Shown one piece after another: positions 1-9,926 of a stretch of DNA of 64,000 nt. This stretch comes from an uncultured Candidatus Saccharibacteria bacterium (GTDB lineage Bacteria; Patescibacteriota; WWE3; 2-01-FULL-39-13): NCBI GenBank assembly GCA_965230915.1, contig OZ246395.1:12019-76018 (forward strand), read 5' to 3'. The stretch's first letter is position 1. Every line of letters starts with the position of its first letter. The notes below the pieces were generated by a model. It saw only the letters and a program-made list of their open reading frames with translations, was not told the DNA's origin and did no database searches. Position numbers and translations under genes: made by a program.

Positions 1-21
1 CGATTCCGACTCGGGCCTCCA
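1..21 (+). tRNA. 3' end of a tRNA (T-arm TTCGATTCC, acceptor strand, CCA at 19-21), truncated by the window edge
   Basis: Canonical T-loop motif tcgattcc followed by a 7-nt acceptor strand and CCA; the upstream part is outside the window. Confidence 0.4.
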
Positions 22-63
22 TGAATTTAATTCTTCAAGGGATGCTAAAATAAGCAAATATTT

Positions 64-139
64 GGTGAGGTAGCCAAGATGGTCACGGCATCGGTCTGAA
101 AAACCGACCATGTGAGTTCGAGTCTCACCCTCACCACCA
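64..139 (+). tRNA. tRNA-Phe (anticodon GAA)
   Basis: 7-bp acceptor stem GGTGAGG/CCTCACC; anticodon stem TCGGT/ACCGA with loop CTGAAAA (anticodon GAA); T-arm GTGAG-TTCGAGT-CTCAC; discriminator A plus encoded CCA; 76 nt. Confidence 0.82.
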
Positions 140-158
140 TGAGGTAATCCCCCTATAT

Positions 159-764
159 ATGAAAACTAAAATTGACTTATCCCAATACGAAAAAATGTAC
201 GATACCTTTGACAAAGGTCATGATCAAAGACACTTAAACGAAGTGAGAGACTTTGCAATATTACTAGCAGAAAAATATGCTCCAGAAATGAAAGAAGCAG
301 TTTATGTTGGCGCAACTTTACATGACTTAGGTTTATCGATCCAAAGAGAAGGACATGAAGAACTCGGGTATAACATGTTTAAAGATAATGAAGAATTAAA
401 AAACAATTATTCTCAAGAAGAAATCGAAGAAATACTCGATGCTATAAAAGAACACCGTGCTTCAAGCGGAAACCCTAAAACAATCGTCGGCCAAATAGTT
501 AGCGACGCAGATAAAGTCGCAACTGACACAAAACGATCTTTTCAACGTGCTTATGATTGGGGTAAAGAGAATTTACCTACAGTTAACCACCCAGGATTAT
601 TGCTTAGAGCAGCTTCCCATCTAAGGGAAAAATTTGGTCCTGGAGGAACCGGTACAAGACTTTATTTTGATGAGAGTAAAGAAAAGCAAAACAACACTTA
701 TGAGCCAATTTTTCAGGCATTAGATAAATACGATTTTGAAGCAATGGAGAGCTTTTTAAAATAG
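159..764 (+). CDS. HD-domain phosphohydrolase
   Basis: GHDQRHL ... TLHDLG motifs (H..HD metal-binding pattern), about 200 aa. Confidence 0.65.
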   Translation: MKTKIDLSQYEKMYDTFDKGHDQRHLNEVRDFAILLAEKYAPEMKEAVYVGATLHDLGLSIQREGHEELGYNMFKDNEELKNNYSQEEIEEILDAIKEHRASSGNPKTIVGQIVSDADKVATDTKRSFQRAYDWGKENLPTVNHPGLLLRAASHLREKFGPGGTGTRLYFDESKEKQNNTYEPIFQALDKYDFEAMESFLK

Positions 765-765
765 T

Positions 766-1131
766 ATGGAAGGCACAATTAACAAATTTTACGTAGGAAA
801 ATATACCGAAGGTCATGAATCTACTAAAGGCTGGTTCATCGGATCTTATCTCCCGGAAAACCAAGCAAAAACAGACCAAATAGAAATGATTTATAAAGAT
901 CATAATCCTGGCGACGTAGTTGCTCCACATAAACATGAACAAAAAATCGAAGTTGGAATAGTGATTGAAGGAAAAGTAGAAATAACGATAGAAGGTCAAA
1001 AATTTATTGCTCAAAAAGGTGATTTTTACTTCTTAGAGAAAGGTGTTTCCAGCTCATTCAAGTTCTTAGAACCAACAAAATTTATAGCAATACATAGTCC
1101 ATGTGTTCCATCAGATAAAATAGTTCTATAG
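766..1131 (+). CDS. cupin-domain protein
   Basis: HKHEQKIEVGIVIEGKVEITIEGQKF..KGDFYF pattern typical of the cupin beta-barrel; ATGA overlap with the upstream gene. Confidence 0.55.
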   Translation: MEGTINKFYVGKYTEGHESTKGWFIGSYLPENQAKTDQIEMIYKDHNPGDVVAPHKHEQKIEVGIVIEGKVEITIEGQKFIAQKGDFYFLEKGVSSSFKFLEPTKFIAIHSPCVPSDKIVL

Positions 1132-1180
1132 ACCAATTATCCTATAGCCGGTCATCGGTCTTACTTGTTATAATTTCTCA

Positions 1181-1891
1181 ATGGAAATCAGAATTAACAA
1201 ATTTTTATCACAACGCGGCATTGCCTCACGCAGAAAACTAGAAGCCATGCTTTGGGATGGTGAATTTCAAGTAAACGGCGAAAAGGCCGTTCCTGGCCAA
1301 TTGATTGATTCTGAAAAAGACACTGTAACCCATTTGGGACGACCAATCTCTCAGCCAAAAGAATTTGTGTATATAGCTTTAAACAAGCCATTAGACGTTG
1401 TTTCGAGTAACGACGATGAAATGGGTCGTACAACAGTCCTAGATATCGTAAAGTCAAAAGAAAGGCTTTATCCCGTTGGGCGTTTAGACAAAGATTCTAC
1501 CGGACTTATTTTGTTAACAAATGATGGAGATTTAGCTTTAAAGCTGACTCACCCGCGTTATCATTTGCCGAAAACATACGAAGTCGCAACTCAGGAACCT
1601 ATTATGGACTACCAGCTCGAAAAACTAGCAAAAGGAGTAAGAATTATGGGTAAAACTACTCAAAAAGCCGAAGTCGAAAGAACCGGACGCAAATCTTTTA
1701 AAATCACTATTTACGAAGGAATGAACCGCCAAATTAGAAAAATGGCGAATGAAGTTCATCTGACTATAAAAAGTTTGAATCGTGTATCGATTGGATCTAT
1801 AGAACTTAATGATTTGGCTGTTGGCAATTTCAGAAATTTGAAGCCGAAAGAAATTGAAGAATTAAAAGCGGCTCACAGTTCTACCCTATAG
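1181..1891 (+). CDS. rRNA pseudouridine synthase, RsuA/RluB family (S4 domain plus catalytic domain)
   Basis: N-terminal S4-like IRINKFLSQRGIASRR; catalytic motif GRLDKDSTGLILLTNDG with the conserved Asp. Confidence 0.82.
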   Translation: MEIRINKFLSQRGIASRRKLEAMLWDGEFQVNGEKAVPGQLIDSEKDTVTHLGRPISQPKEFVYIALNKPLDVVSSNDDEMGRTTVLDIVKSKERLYPVGRLDKDSTGLILLTNDGDLALKLTHPRYHLPKTYEVATQEPIMDYQLEKLAKGVRIMGKTTQKAEVERTGRKSFKITIYEGMNRQIRKMANEVHLTIKSLNRVSIGSIELNDLAVGNFRNLKPKEIEELKAAHSSTL

Positions 1892-1967
1892 CGTTGAAAT
1901 GCGCCTAAAATCCATTATAATATCACCCATCGGTCTTTCTCAAACACTTTAAATTAAGGATCACACG

Positions 1968-2264
1968 ATGAAGCTTTTCTACGCGTTTGTGGCAGGCTTT
2001 GTTGCTTGTTCCCTGGCAACCTTTGCGATAATTAAAAACGCGCAAAAAATTGGAGTGAGCAGCTTGATTGCTGATCCCAGGAAACTAGGCCTCGTATGGG
2101 TATACGCTGACGAGAAAATTATCATAGGAAAGGAGCTTGGCCCCGACGAAATTGAAGAACTTAAGGGGAAATTTAGGGCGGCGTGGCCCGGACATCGACT
2201 GGGGCCAATTGAAACGGCGCACCCCAAAGCCTTTCTGGAATGGCTTTACACGATAGTAGATTAA
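1968..2264 (+). CDS. small membrane-anchored hypothetical protein
   Basis: N-terminal hydrophobic helix; no recognisable motifs. Confidence 0.35.
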   Translation: MKLFYAFVAGFVACSLATFAIIKNAQKIGVSSLIADPRKLGLVWVYADEKIIIGKELGPDEIEELKGKFRAAWPGHRLGPIETAHPKAFLEWLYTIVD

Positions 2265-2271
2265 GATCGAA

Positions 2272-2313
2272 ACAGCGCGGATTGCTTATAATTCAAAACA
2301 AGCAATCCGCGCT
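2272..2313. terminator. perfect 14-bp inverted repeat (stem-loop) between convergent genes
   Basis: agcgcggattgctt-N12-aagcaatccgcgct; no clear U-tract, so it may be a bidirectional terminator or a protein-binding palindrome. Confidence 0.4.
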
Positions 2314-2320
2314 CAGACTT

Positions 2321-2530
2321 CTAAGAAACTTCTCTCATCAATAAAAATACGTATCCCAAATCATTTGGTACAGCCGCATAAAACGTACTTCTGCCTATTT
2401 CGGCATCAGAAGTAGGATAGAAACTTAAAACTTTCCAACCTTCAGCGCCTAATTTATTCAACGCATCCTGAATTATTTCAGGTGGATTTCTTTTCGAACC
2501 GAATCTTAAAAATTTATACTCGTAAGTCAT
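2321..2530 (-). CDS. small conserved hypothetical protein (DUF4177-like)
   Basis: 69 aa; GAEGWKV...motif resembles DUF4177; weak. Confidence 0.35.
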   Translation of the reverse strand: MTYEYKFLRFGSKRNPPEIIQDALNKLGAEGWKVLSFYPTSDAEIGRSTFYAAVPNDLGYVFLLMREVS

Positions 2531-2680
2531 ATCCCGAATATATTCTTATAGACCCTATCAAACAATAGTTGCAATTGATAAAAAGTTTTGATAAATTTAG
2601 TCCCGATCGCCCACTTATCAAAAATTATTCATTTTACGGTAAAATCCGTGAAATAAAGTGTAATTATTTACTAAAAATTT

Positions 2681-2974
2681 ATGAACATAAAACCACTATC
2701 CGACAAAGTAGTACTTAAGATCAAAGATCCGAAAGAAAGAACTTCCGGCGGGATCTACCTTCCTGAATCTTCACAAGAAGAAACTCATATCGCAGAAGTA
2801 ATCGCCGTAGGCGAAGGCAGATTTGCTGAAAGCGGACAAATTATTAAACCTTCAGTAAAAGTTGGCCAAACCGTTTTAATAAAAGGAAAATGGGCAGGAG
2901 ACAACGTAACCGTCGACGGCCAGGAGTATAAAATAGTTAGCGACAGCGATATTCTCGCTGTTTTGGAGGGTTAA
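2681..2974 (+). CDS. groES: co-chaperonin GroES
   Basis: MNIKPL.DKVV...GGI.LP; 97 aa, immediately upstream of groEL. Confidence 0.95.
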   Translation: MNIKPLSDKVVLKIKDPKERTSGGIYLPESSQEETHIAEVIAVGEGRFAESGQIIKPSVKVGQTVLIKGKWAGDNVTVDGQEYKIVSDSDILAVLEG

Positions 2975-2976
2975 AC

Positions 2977-4611
2977 ATGTCTAAAAAAATAATCTACAAC
3001 CAAGAAGCACGAATGAAATTAAAAGCCGGAGTTGACGCACTTGCAGACGCAGTAGGTGCAACAATGGGACCTCTCGGTAAAAATGTTGCCTTAGATAAAG
3101 ATTGGGGCGCTCCAACTGTTACACACGATGGAGTTACCGTCGCAAAAGAAGTCGAGCTAAAAGATAAGTTCGAAAATATGGGAGCCAAACTGGTTTTAGA
3201 AGCAGCGACAAAAACAAACGATGCAGCAGGAGATGGTACAACAACCGCGACTGTTTTGGCACAAGCTTTAGTTGATTCAGGGTTAAGAATTACAGCCGCC
3301 GGTGCAAATCCAATGCTTGTTAAAAAAGGACTAGAAAAAGCCAGCAAAGAAGTTGTTGCTGCAATTCAAGATATGGCAAAGCCAATCAAAACTAAAGAAG
3401 AAAAAGCTCAGGTTGCAACCAACTCAGCCCAAGATTCTGAAATCGGAACAAAAATTGCCGAAGCTATGGATAAAGTTGGCGACGATGGAGTTATAACCGT
3501 CGAAGAAGGCAAAGGTATGGAAATGGAAGTCGAAACTAAAGAAGGTATGAATTTTGATAATGGTTATCTTTCTGCTTACTTTATTACCGAACCAGAAAAA
3601 ATGGTAGCCGAAATCGAAGACCCTTATATTTTGATTACTGACAAAAAAATCGGAAACATTCAGGAACTTGTTCCGATGTTAGAAATGCTCGTTAAGACCA
3701 CACAAAACTTGGTTATTATTGCCGAAGATATCGAAGGCCAGGCATTAGCAACTTTAGTTTTAAACAAAATGCGCGGAGCATTAAAAGTTTTGGCAGTAAA
3801 AGCTCCAGGGTTTGGAGATCGCCGCAAAGCAATGCTCGAAGACATTGCTACAGTAACAGGTGGATCAGTAATCAGCGAAGAGCTTGGTAGAAAACTTGAA
3901 ACAGTAACAATCGAAGATTTAGGTCGCGCCGATAAAGTCATTTCAACAAAAGACGACACAACAATTGTTGGCGGCATGGGTGATAAATCGACAATCGACG
4001 CCCGTATAAATCAAATTCGCCAAGAGCAAGATAAAACTTCAAGCAACTACGATAAAGAAAAATTACAAGAACGATTAGCAAAACTTTCAGGTGGAGTTGC
4101 AATCATTCGTGTTGGCGGAGCAACAGAAGCTGAAATGAAAGAAAAAAAATACCGCGTCGAAGACGCTGTTAACGCTACACAGGCGGCAGTTGCTGAAGGT
4201 ATCGTTCCAGGCGGAGGAATCACATTATTAAAAGCCCGAAAAGTTTTACAGGATCTTGAATATAAAAACCCTGATGAAAATGCCGGAATAAAAGTTTTAT
4301 ATGAAGCATTAGAAAGACCTTTCAGAAAAATTTTGACCAATGCCGGTGCAGAACCAGGCCAATTTATTAAAGAAATTGAAAATAATCTAGACAAAAATAT
4401 CGGCTACAACGTTTTAACCGAAACAATGGGAGATTTAATTGCAGCCGGAGTTATAGACCCGGTTAAAGTTACACGATCTGCTGTCGAAAACGCAGTAAGT
4501 GCAGCCGGAACAATATTAACAACCGATGCATTAATTGCAGATGAACCTGAAGAAAAAGCTCCCGAAGCACCAATGGGTGGAGGAATGGGCGGAATGCCAG
4601 GAATGATGTAA
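2977..4611 (+). CDS. groEL: chaperonin GroEL
   Basis: Full-length 544 aa with canonical motifs and a GGM-repeat C-terminus ([11 protein letters not shown]). Confidence 0.97.
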   Translation: MSKKIIYNQEARMKLKAGVDALADAVGATMGPLGKNVALDKDWGAPTVTHDGVTVAKEVELKDKFENMGAKLVLEAATKTNDAAGDGTTTATVLAQALVDSGLRITAAGANPMLVKKGLEKASKEVVAAIQDMAKPIKTKEEKAQVATNSAQDSEIGTKIAEAMDKVGDDGVITVEEGKGMEMEVETKEGMNFDNGYLSAYFITEPEKMVAEIEDPYILITDKKIGNIQELVPMLEMLVKTTQNLVIIAEDIEGQALATLVLNKMRGALKVLAVKAPGFGDRRKAMLEDIATVTGGSVISEELGRKLETVTIEDLGRADKVISTKDDTTIVGGMGDKSTIDARINQIRQEQDKTSSNYDKEKLQERLAKLSGGVAIIRVGGATEAEMKEKKYRVEDAVNATQAAVAEGIVPGGGITLLKARKVLQDLEYKNPDENAGIKVLYEALERPFRKILTNAGAEPGQFIKEIENNLDKNIGYNVLTETMGDLIAAGVIDPVKVTRSAVENAVSAAGTILTTDALIADEPEEKAPEAPMGGGMGGMPGMM

Positions 4612-4637
4612 TCTGAGTATCACTAAATGTTTCAAAA

Positions 4638-4666
4638 AGAGGCTCCTTAACGGGAGCCTTTTTTAA
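4638..4666. terminator. Rho-independent terminator (bidirectional) after groEL
   Basis: aggctcc-ttaacg-ggagcct hairpin flanked by an A-run upstream and TTTTTT downstream. Confidence 0.6.
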
Positions 4667-5112
4667 TTACCAACACCGCACCCTATATTCTTGGTTAACG
4701 CACATATAAATAATTGAATCGGTTCTTTGTAATCGGCAAAGCCAGCTAGCCCATCAGTAAGATTAAATGAAAGAAGAGGCGTAAATACTAAAATTAAATA
4801 AATTAATAAAAAAGCAATAATCGCATACATTCCCCATTTGACCGATACACTCCCATGAATATAGATATGTTCTTTCATAGAGTCTGGCCTATATATATTT
4901 AAAAATATGCTGGCAAAAAATAAATTTGTGGCACCAAAAGCGAAAGCGGAACATCCAAGAATAATTAACAGCAAACTATAGAAAGACAGATTATTAAGGG
5001 GCGTGATCCATTCGGTTTCAGTTTGGATAAATTGTAAAACCAAAACTGGTAAATACAACAATAGTGTTCCTATAATTAAGTTTTTTAAACCAACATTAAA
5101 ATATTTAGTCAT
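4663..5112 (-). CDS. polytopic membrane protein, hypothetical
   Basis: 4-5 predicted TM helices; no motifs. Confidence 0.4.
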   Translation of the reverse strand: MTKYFNVGLKNLIIGTLLLYLPVLVLQFIQTETEWITPLNNLSFYSLLLIILGCSAFAFGATNLFFASIFLNIYRPDSMKEHIYIHGSVSVKWGMYAIIAFLLIYLILVFTPLLSFNLTDGLAGFADYKEPIQLFICALTKNIGCGVGN

Positions 5113-5118
5113 GTATAA

Positions 5119-5505
5119 CTAAAGACTCTCAGTTAAATTATAAATAGGAAGTATAACCAATAGAGTTGATATAACCGAATAAATACCTAAACCTAAAATT
5201 GATCCAATAAACAAGATTAAGCCTCTGTTGAATAATTTTTCAGATTTATTATCCTGCCAAAGCCTAACTCCTATATATAAATCAGCGAAGCCAATTAGCA
5301 TAAAGATTGCCGCTACAAAATAGAAAAAAGCAGGAGATGGAGCTTCAGTTCCAAAGTTATTAAATACTTCCTGCTGAGCAGGGACATATTTTACGATTGT
5401 CAATAATTGTGAAAATAAATATCCCATTCCAAATAGGATATTTGCAATACCGAGTAGCTCATTTTTATTTAAAGACTTATTCAACATATAAGCTAATTGT
5501 AACAA
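5119..5505 (-). CDS. polytopic membrane protein, hypothetical
   Basis: Hydrophobic throughout, about 4 TM. Confidence 0.4.
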   Translation of the reverse strand: MLQLAYMLNKSLNKNELLGIANILFGMGYLFSQLLTIVKYVPAQQEVFNNFGTEAPSPAFFYFVAAIFMLIGFADLYIGVRLWQDNKSEKLFNRGLILFIGSILGLGIYSVISTLLVILPIYNLTESL

Positions 5506-5553
5506 CTTCAGTCGCTTTTTTTATTTTTTAAAATTTATTGCTAGACTTTAGTC

Positions 5554-6006
5554 ATGATAAAAGAAATTCTAGTTAGCTATTGGTGGATAATTCTAATAGT
5601 TATAATTGTTGTTTCTGTAATCACAAGAAAACTAATAAAAGCACTCATTTCTCTAATTATTATTGCCGTTATAACCATGGCAATTTTTCTATTTTTCGTT
5701 TTTCCAAAAACAACCCCTATTGGAGACTGTTATATGGCCGATCTTAAAAATACAAATACAATTGGCGAGGCAACAGTAAAGCTTAAAAGCCCAGAAGAAA
5801 GATTACAGTATTTTTGTCCGGCTATGCAGAAAAACTTCAATAGTTTAACCAAATGTATCCAGGACCAAAATGTAAAAAGCGACTTAAGCTATAAATTGTA
5901 TTCTATGTTTTCGAATTCCAATAAAGAAATGACAGAAATAGTTGATACACACAATGCTAAATGCCCGAACAATAAGATCTCTGTTCCATCTTTTGTAGAA
6001 CTTTAA
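5554..6006 (+). CDS. membrane-anchored (2 TM) protein with a Cys-containing extracytoplasmic domain
   Basis: Two N-terminal TM helices, then a hydrophilic domain with 4 Cys; sits directly upstream of the T4SS-like operon. Confidence 0.4.
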   Translation: MIKEILVSYWWIILIVIIVVSVITRKLIKALISLIIIAVITMAIFLFFVFPKTTPIGDCYMADLKNTNTIGEATVKLKSPEERLQYFCPAMQKNFNSLTKCIQDQNVKSDLSYKLYSMFSNSNKEMTEIVDTHNAKCPNNKISVPSFVEL

Positions 6007-6114
6007 TTCTGACAAAACATTGTGCTATCATGATAAACTTAAAGAACAATTCGAGTAACACGAGAATTGTTAGCGACTTAGTAGTCGCGTCCGAAACTTT
6101 AAGAAAAAATTATC

Positions 6115-7359
6115 ATGGATACTTTAAATCAATCTGCCCCAACTCCCAATAATTCTGCCGATAATCAAATTCCAAATAATAATGCACAAAATTCTGAATT
6201 TGCAGAAAAGGGCCCACTATTAAACTCGCGAATGAAGCGAAATATATTAATAGGATGTGGAATAGTTGCCGTATTAATAGCTGCTTTATTTGTAGGAGTT
6301 TTTGCTTACCAGCAAATGAATAAACCTCCTGCAATGATGCCACTTCCACCTGAACCTGTAGTTGAAAACCCTGAACCGGTACGCAGTGATACTCCACGTT
6401 TTGCGTATATTAAAAATGAAAAAAATATTTGGATTAGCAATATAAATGGGGAAGAAAAATTCAGCATTTTGGAACTTCCACTTACGAGTAAAAGTCGAGT
6501 CGTGTCACTAAGCTGGAAAGATAAAGATAATTTAAGCTATGTAACTTGCGATACAAGTACTAGCGTATGCGAAATTTCTACTTATAATTTTGAAACAAAA
6601 TCTATAAAACCTGAAGTTACTTCTACTGGCTCAACCCTTACAAAATTCGCATGGAGCAAAGATGGAAAATATCTAGCATACATAGAAAACCGTGGAAAAA
6701 ATACAAACCTACGCCTAAAACTTGGAACAATCGATAATATCCTAAAAACTTATGTGACCGATACAGAAGATGCGTCTCTTAGCAAATCAGTCGTAGATTT
6801 TAATGACGACAGCCAATATATTTTATATTCTTCTCCTGAACTTATTGTAAACGAGAATAAATCAACCACCCAAACTCAATCGGTCTATATTTATCAACTA
6901 AACGGCGCTCAAATCGATGAAATAAAGAATGTTGATTATCCGTTTTTCATTGATAACGACACAGTCGCATACAAATCAAACAATCGTCTGGTTTATAAAG
7001 ACGTAGGCACAACAGACGAATCAGCAATAACCGATTTTGCCGGATACAACCCAGCGCTTTCTCCGAACGATAATCAAATTGCATATTGGCGCGACGAGGT
7101 TGGCTTTAACAATGTTGTTTTAGGTGTTTATGAATCAGATAAAAATATCCACAGAAATATTTTGAGAGGAGTTATCTTGCCAGTTTGGGTTTCCCCAGAC
7201 AAAATTGTCGGAATAAAGGCCGACAGCTGTATTGGCGAACGATGTCTTTTATATGAATTTCAGACAACCAGTATGGTGATCGTCGATGTTAATAACGGAG
7301 AAGTTTTATCAGTAGACCAAGGAAAATCACTTACAGGAGTTGCCTTTTATGCCGATTAA
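6115..7359 (+). CDS. membrane-anchored protein with N/Q-rich N-terminus and TolB/PD40-like beta-propeller repeats
   Basis: Single TM (ILIGCGIVAVLIAALFVGVFAY); repeated ...DGKYLAY..., ...NDNQIAYWRDE... blades; overlaps the next gene by 20 nt (translational coupling). Confidence 0.5.
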   Translation: MDTLNQSAPTPNNSADNQIPNNNAQNSEFAEKGPLLNSRMKRNILIGCGIVAVLIAALFVGVFAYQQMNKPPAMMPLPPEPVVENPEPVRSDTPRFAYIKNEKNIWISNINGEEKFSILELPLTSKSRVVSLSWKDKDNLSYVTCDTSTSVCEISTYNFETKSIKPEVTSTGSTLTKFAWSKDGKYLAYIENRGKNTNLRLKLGTIDNILKTYVTDTEDASLSKSVVDFNDDSQYILYSSPELIVNENKSTTQTQSVYIYQLNGAQIDEIKNVDYPFFIDNDTVAYKSNNRLVYKDVGTTDESAITDFAGYNPALSPNDNQIAYWRDEVGFNNVVLGVYESDKNIHRNILRGVILPVWVSPDKIVGIKADSCIGERCLLYEFQTTSMVIVDVNNGEVLSVDQGKSLTGVAFYAD

Positions 7360-9217
7360 AGACGAATCACAAACAGCAGGTCGCCAGCATCCAATTCCGC
7401 AAAATGTTATGGATGTTGAATTTAAAGTTGTTGGAGATATTACCCTTCGCCAACTAATGTACCTTTTTGCTGGCGCAATTCTTGCCTATATTGTTTATAA
7501 ATCTGGCGCACCAGCATTCTGGAGGTATTTAATAGTATTCTTAACAGTCACAGGAACAATTGCAATTGCGTTTGTTCCATATGAGGAACGGGGACTAGAT
7601 AAATGGTTCATGAGTTTCATACGAGCCATGACTGCCCCCACTCAAATGGTGTGGCGAAAAACTTATTCTCCTCCCGCATATTTTTTATCTGATTATGCAA
7701 ACATTATTAAGAATGAAATTATCACTTTAACACCAGCAAAAAGTCGCAATAAATTAGATGATTATTTGGGTCAACTATCAGAATCTCAAAATGACCTAGA
7801 TAGAATTGAGGCCGCACGTTTGCAAAGTATTCGAATGGGATTTTCGACACAAGCCGGTGTTAGCGTTGTTACACAACAAGCCGCACCAAGCAGTTTTTCG
7901 CCTTCCTTAGGAGGAGGACCTACAACGGATGTAATTTTTGCCGATGAGCCAACAGCCCCAGGCCGAAGCATGTCTGACACACATGACGGAAATGCTCCGC
8001 ATGCTGAAATACAGCCGGTTCATGAAAAGGCCCCTGAACCACCAGAACAAACAAAACCTACGACAACTGAAAGTCCAAAGCCACAGCCAACACAACCAAA
8101 ACCTGAGACGAAACCAGAGCAAAATCAGGAAAACTTTGGGTCACAAAAATTGCAGCAGGCTCCAAAAAATGTTGAACAAAAGCCAATTACATCTACGCAA
8201 GCTCAACAACCAAAACCGCAGACGAAGCCGGTATCACCTGAACAAAAAGAAGCGTTAAAGGCTATCAAAGAAGATGAAGCTTCATCTAAAAAAGAATTAT
8301 TAGACTCAATCGAATTTAAAAAACCGACGTTGGGAGCACCAGCAGTTGATCGTGCAATAATAAATATTCCGTCGAATCCTAAAGGTGAAATCAAAATTAA
8401 TTTAACAACAAAATTGCCAAAAGTAATTGTGGTTCAAGATTTAAAAGAAATTCAGACAAAAGAATCGTCGCTAGAAAAAAGAGTCGGAGAACTTTTAGAA
8501 GTAGCAACTCAAGTAAGATCTGAAATGCAAGCGGCGGCTGACAAAGAAGCTCATAGAAATAAAAACCAAGGTCGTATCGAATTCTTTAATACAAAATATC
8601 AAGAACTTGAAAAAGAACGCGCAAAAATCACAACACAGCTTGATGAAAGTACAAGTCAGGTTCAACAAATTGGACAATCTGCAGATTCTGACCTAACTAA
8701 ACAGGTTCACGATCTATCGATTAAAAATGAAGAGCTAAAAGCTCAGCTTGCTCAAATTCAAGAAGAAATTAATATTTTAAGAGCAACACCTCAACAAACT
8801 GCTAAACCTGCTGAACCAGTGAAAGCTGCGGCTCAACAACCAAAAAAGCCTGAACCCACACCGGCTCCACCAAGAAATTCTGACCAAGCACAATCGTTAA
8901 ACCAGGTAACCCAATCAGATTACAAACCGGAAGATCCGAATAAAAAGGCTGTAGTTGACGCAAATTTAATCACAGGCACAGTGAAAAATAAAAAGGGCGA
9001 GCTAATTGATAACGCAGTCGTTATAATAAAAGATAAAGACGGTGATGCCATACGTGCTTTAAAGACAAATCAGTTGGGGCAGTTTAAAACACAGACTCCA
9101 ATGCAAAATGGCAAATACACAGTCGAAACAATTAAGGGAGGAATGAAGTTTGATATAATCTCGGTTGAAGCAAAAGGTCAACCAATTAGTCCACTTTCTA
9201 TCATCGCCTTCGAATAA
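7340..9217 (+). CDS. PrgI/VirB3-like membrane protein fused to a Pro/Gln/Lys-rich disordered region, a coiled coil and a C-terminal carboxypeptidase-regulatory-like beta-sandwich domain
   Basis: N-terminus GDITLRQLMYLFAGAILAYIVY plus a second TM helix matches the PrgI (VirB3) family signature; residues about 190-330 are low complexity (PEPPEQTKPTTTESPKPQPTQPKPETKPEQ); 370-470 heptad-rich; the last 100 aa (GTVKNKKGELIDNAVVIIKDKDGD...GKYTVE) resemble a CarboxypepD_reg fold. Confidence 0.55.
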   Translation: MPFMPIKDESQTAGRQHPIPQNVMDVEFKVVGDITLRQLMYLFAGAILAYIVYKSGAPAFWRYLIVFLTVTGTIAIAFVPYEERGLDKWFMSFIRAMTAPTQMVWRKTYSPPAYFLSDYANIIKNEIITLTPAKSRNKLDDYLGQLSESQNDLDRIEAARLQSIRMGFSTQAGVSVVTQQAAPSSFSPSLGGGPTTDVIFADEPTAPGRSMSDTHDGNAPHAEIQPVHEKAPEPPEQTKPTTTESPKPQPTQPKPETKPEQNQENFGSQKLQQAPKNVEQKPITSTQAQQPKPQTKPVSPEQKEALKAIKEDEASSKKELLDSIEFKKPTLGAPAVDRAIINIPSNPKGEIKINLTTKLPKVIVVQDLKEIQTKESSLEKRVGELLEVATQVRSEMQAAADKEAHRNKNQGRIEFFNTKYQELEKERAKITTQLDESTSQVQQIGQSADSDLTKQVHDLSIKNEELKAQLAQIQEEINILRATPQQTAKPAEPVKAAAQQPKKPEPTPAPPRNSDQAQSLNQVTQSDYKPEDPNKKAVVDANLITGTVKNKKGELIDNAVVIIKDKDGDAIRALKTNQLGQFKTQTPMQNGKYTVETIKGGMKFDIISVEAKGQPISPLSIIAFE

Positions 9218-9221
9218 TATT

Positions 9222-9920
9222 ATGGCCAAAAAATATTTAGCAACAACTCAAGAACATTTAGACATCTACGATATTAAAAATGGAATTGTTGTTTTAAAAA
9301 ACGGAAGTGCAGTTTGTATTTTGGAAACTAACGCAATTAACTTCGACCTTTTATCTATGATGGAGCAAGACGCAGCAATTTCTGCATACAGTAATCTTTT
9401 AAATTCATTAACTTTCCCTATTCAGGTTACTATTCGTTCTAAAAAAATGGATATCAGCGATTATTTAGAAAAAGTTAAAGAAGCCGAAAATAAACAGAGT
9501 AATCCCAAAATTAAAGAACAAATAGTTGCTTACAGAAAATTTATTCAAGAAGAACTTGTTACCAAAGAAGAAGTTTTGGATAAAAATTTTTATGTGACGA
9601 TTCCATATAAATTAACAAGCGTAGCAGCAAGTGATCCATTTGGATTCATTACAGATCTAGTCGGATTTCAAGCTAAACAACCAACCCGTGTAAATACAGA
9701 TAAAGTTTTAGAAGAAGCACGCGCAGATTTAGAACCAAAGAAAAACTTTTTGATAAAAGAATTTGCAAGAATTGGTATAAAAGCAACCGCTTTAAATACG
9801 GCAGATTTGATCAAGCTATTCTATGAAATATATAACAGTGAAACATCCCAGTCACAGAGAATTCGAGGAAATGTTGATGATTTTACGTCAGCTTTAGTTG
9901 AACCAAAGTTAAAGATTTAA
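9222..9920 (+). CDS. VirB4-family N-terminal-domain-like protein (separate ORF, same frame as the downstream ATPase)
   Basis: MAKKYLATTQEHLDIYDIKNGIVVLKNGSAVCILE..NFDLLS..EQDAAISAYSNLLNSLTFPIQV resembles the extreme N-terminus of TrsE/VirB4 proteins; the ORF-track start at 9165 overlaps the upstream gene, so the ATG at 9222 is preferred. Confidence 0.45.
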   Translation: MAKKYLATTQEHLDIYDIKNGIVVLKNGSAVCILETNAINFDLLSMMEQDAAISAYSNLLNSLTFPIQVTIRSKKMDISDYLEKVKEAENKQSNPKIKEQIVAYRKFIQEELVTKEEVLDKNFYVTIPYKLTSVAASDPFGFITDLVGFQAKQPTRVNTDKVLEEARADLEPKKNFLIKEFARIGIKATALNTADLIKLFYEIYNSETSQSQRIRGNVDDFTSALVEPKLKI

Positions 9921-9926
9921 AATAAT

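Noticed and set aside
2531-2680. Looked for a CIRCE/HrcA operator (TTAGCACTC-N9-GAGTGCTAA) upstream of groES
   Set aside because: No match within 150 bp upstream; heat-shock regulation, if any, is not CIRCE-based here
2994-4394. Three minus-strand ORFs (2994..3347, 3660..3977, 4047..4394) inside groEL
   Set aside because: Antisense shadow ORFs within a highly conserved gene; low-complexity Ala/Ser/Thr translations typical of the reverse strand of a GC-richer coding segment
7786-8677. Small ORFs on both strands (7786..7980, 7907..8122, 7938..8258, 8203..8394, 8495..8677) inside the 7340..9217 gene
   Set aside because: They fall within the low-complexity P/Q/K-rich region where alternative frames stay open by chance; no RBS and no motifs
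9165-9221. Track start of ORF 9165 (MKQKVNQLVHFLSSPSNNI...) overlapping the end of the upstream gene
   Set aside because: The ATG at 9222 starts 5 nt after the upstream stop, and the conserved VirB4-like motif begins right after it; the 19-codon extension is unsupported
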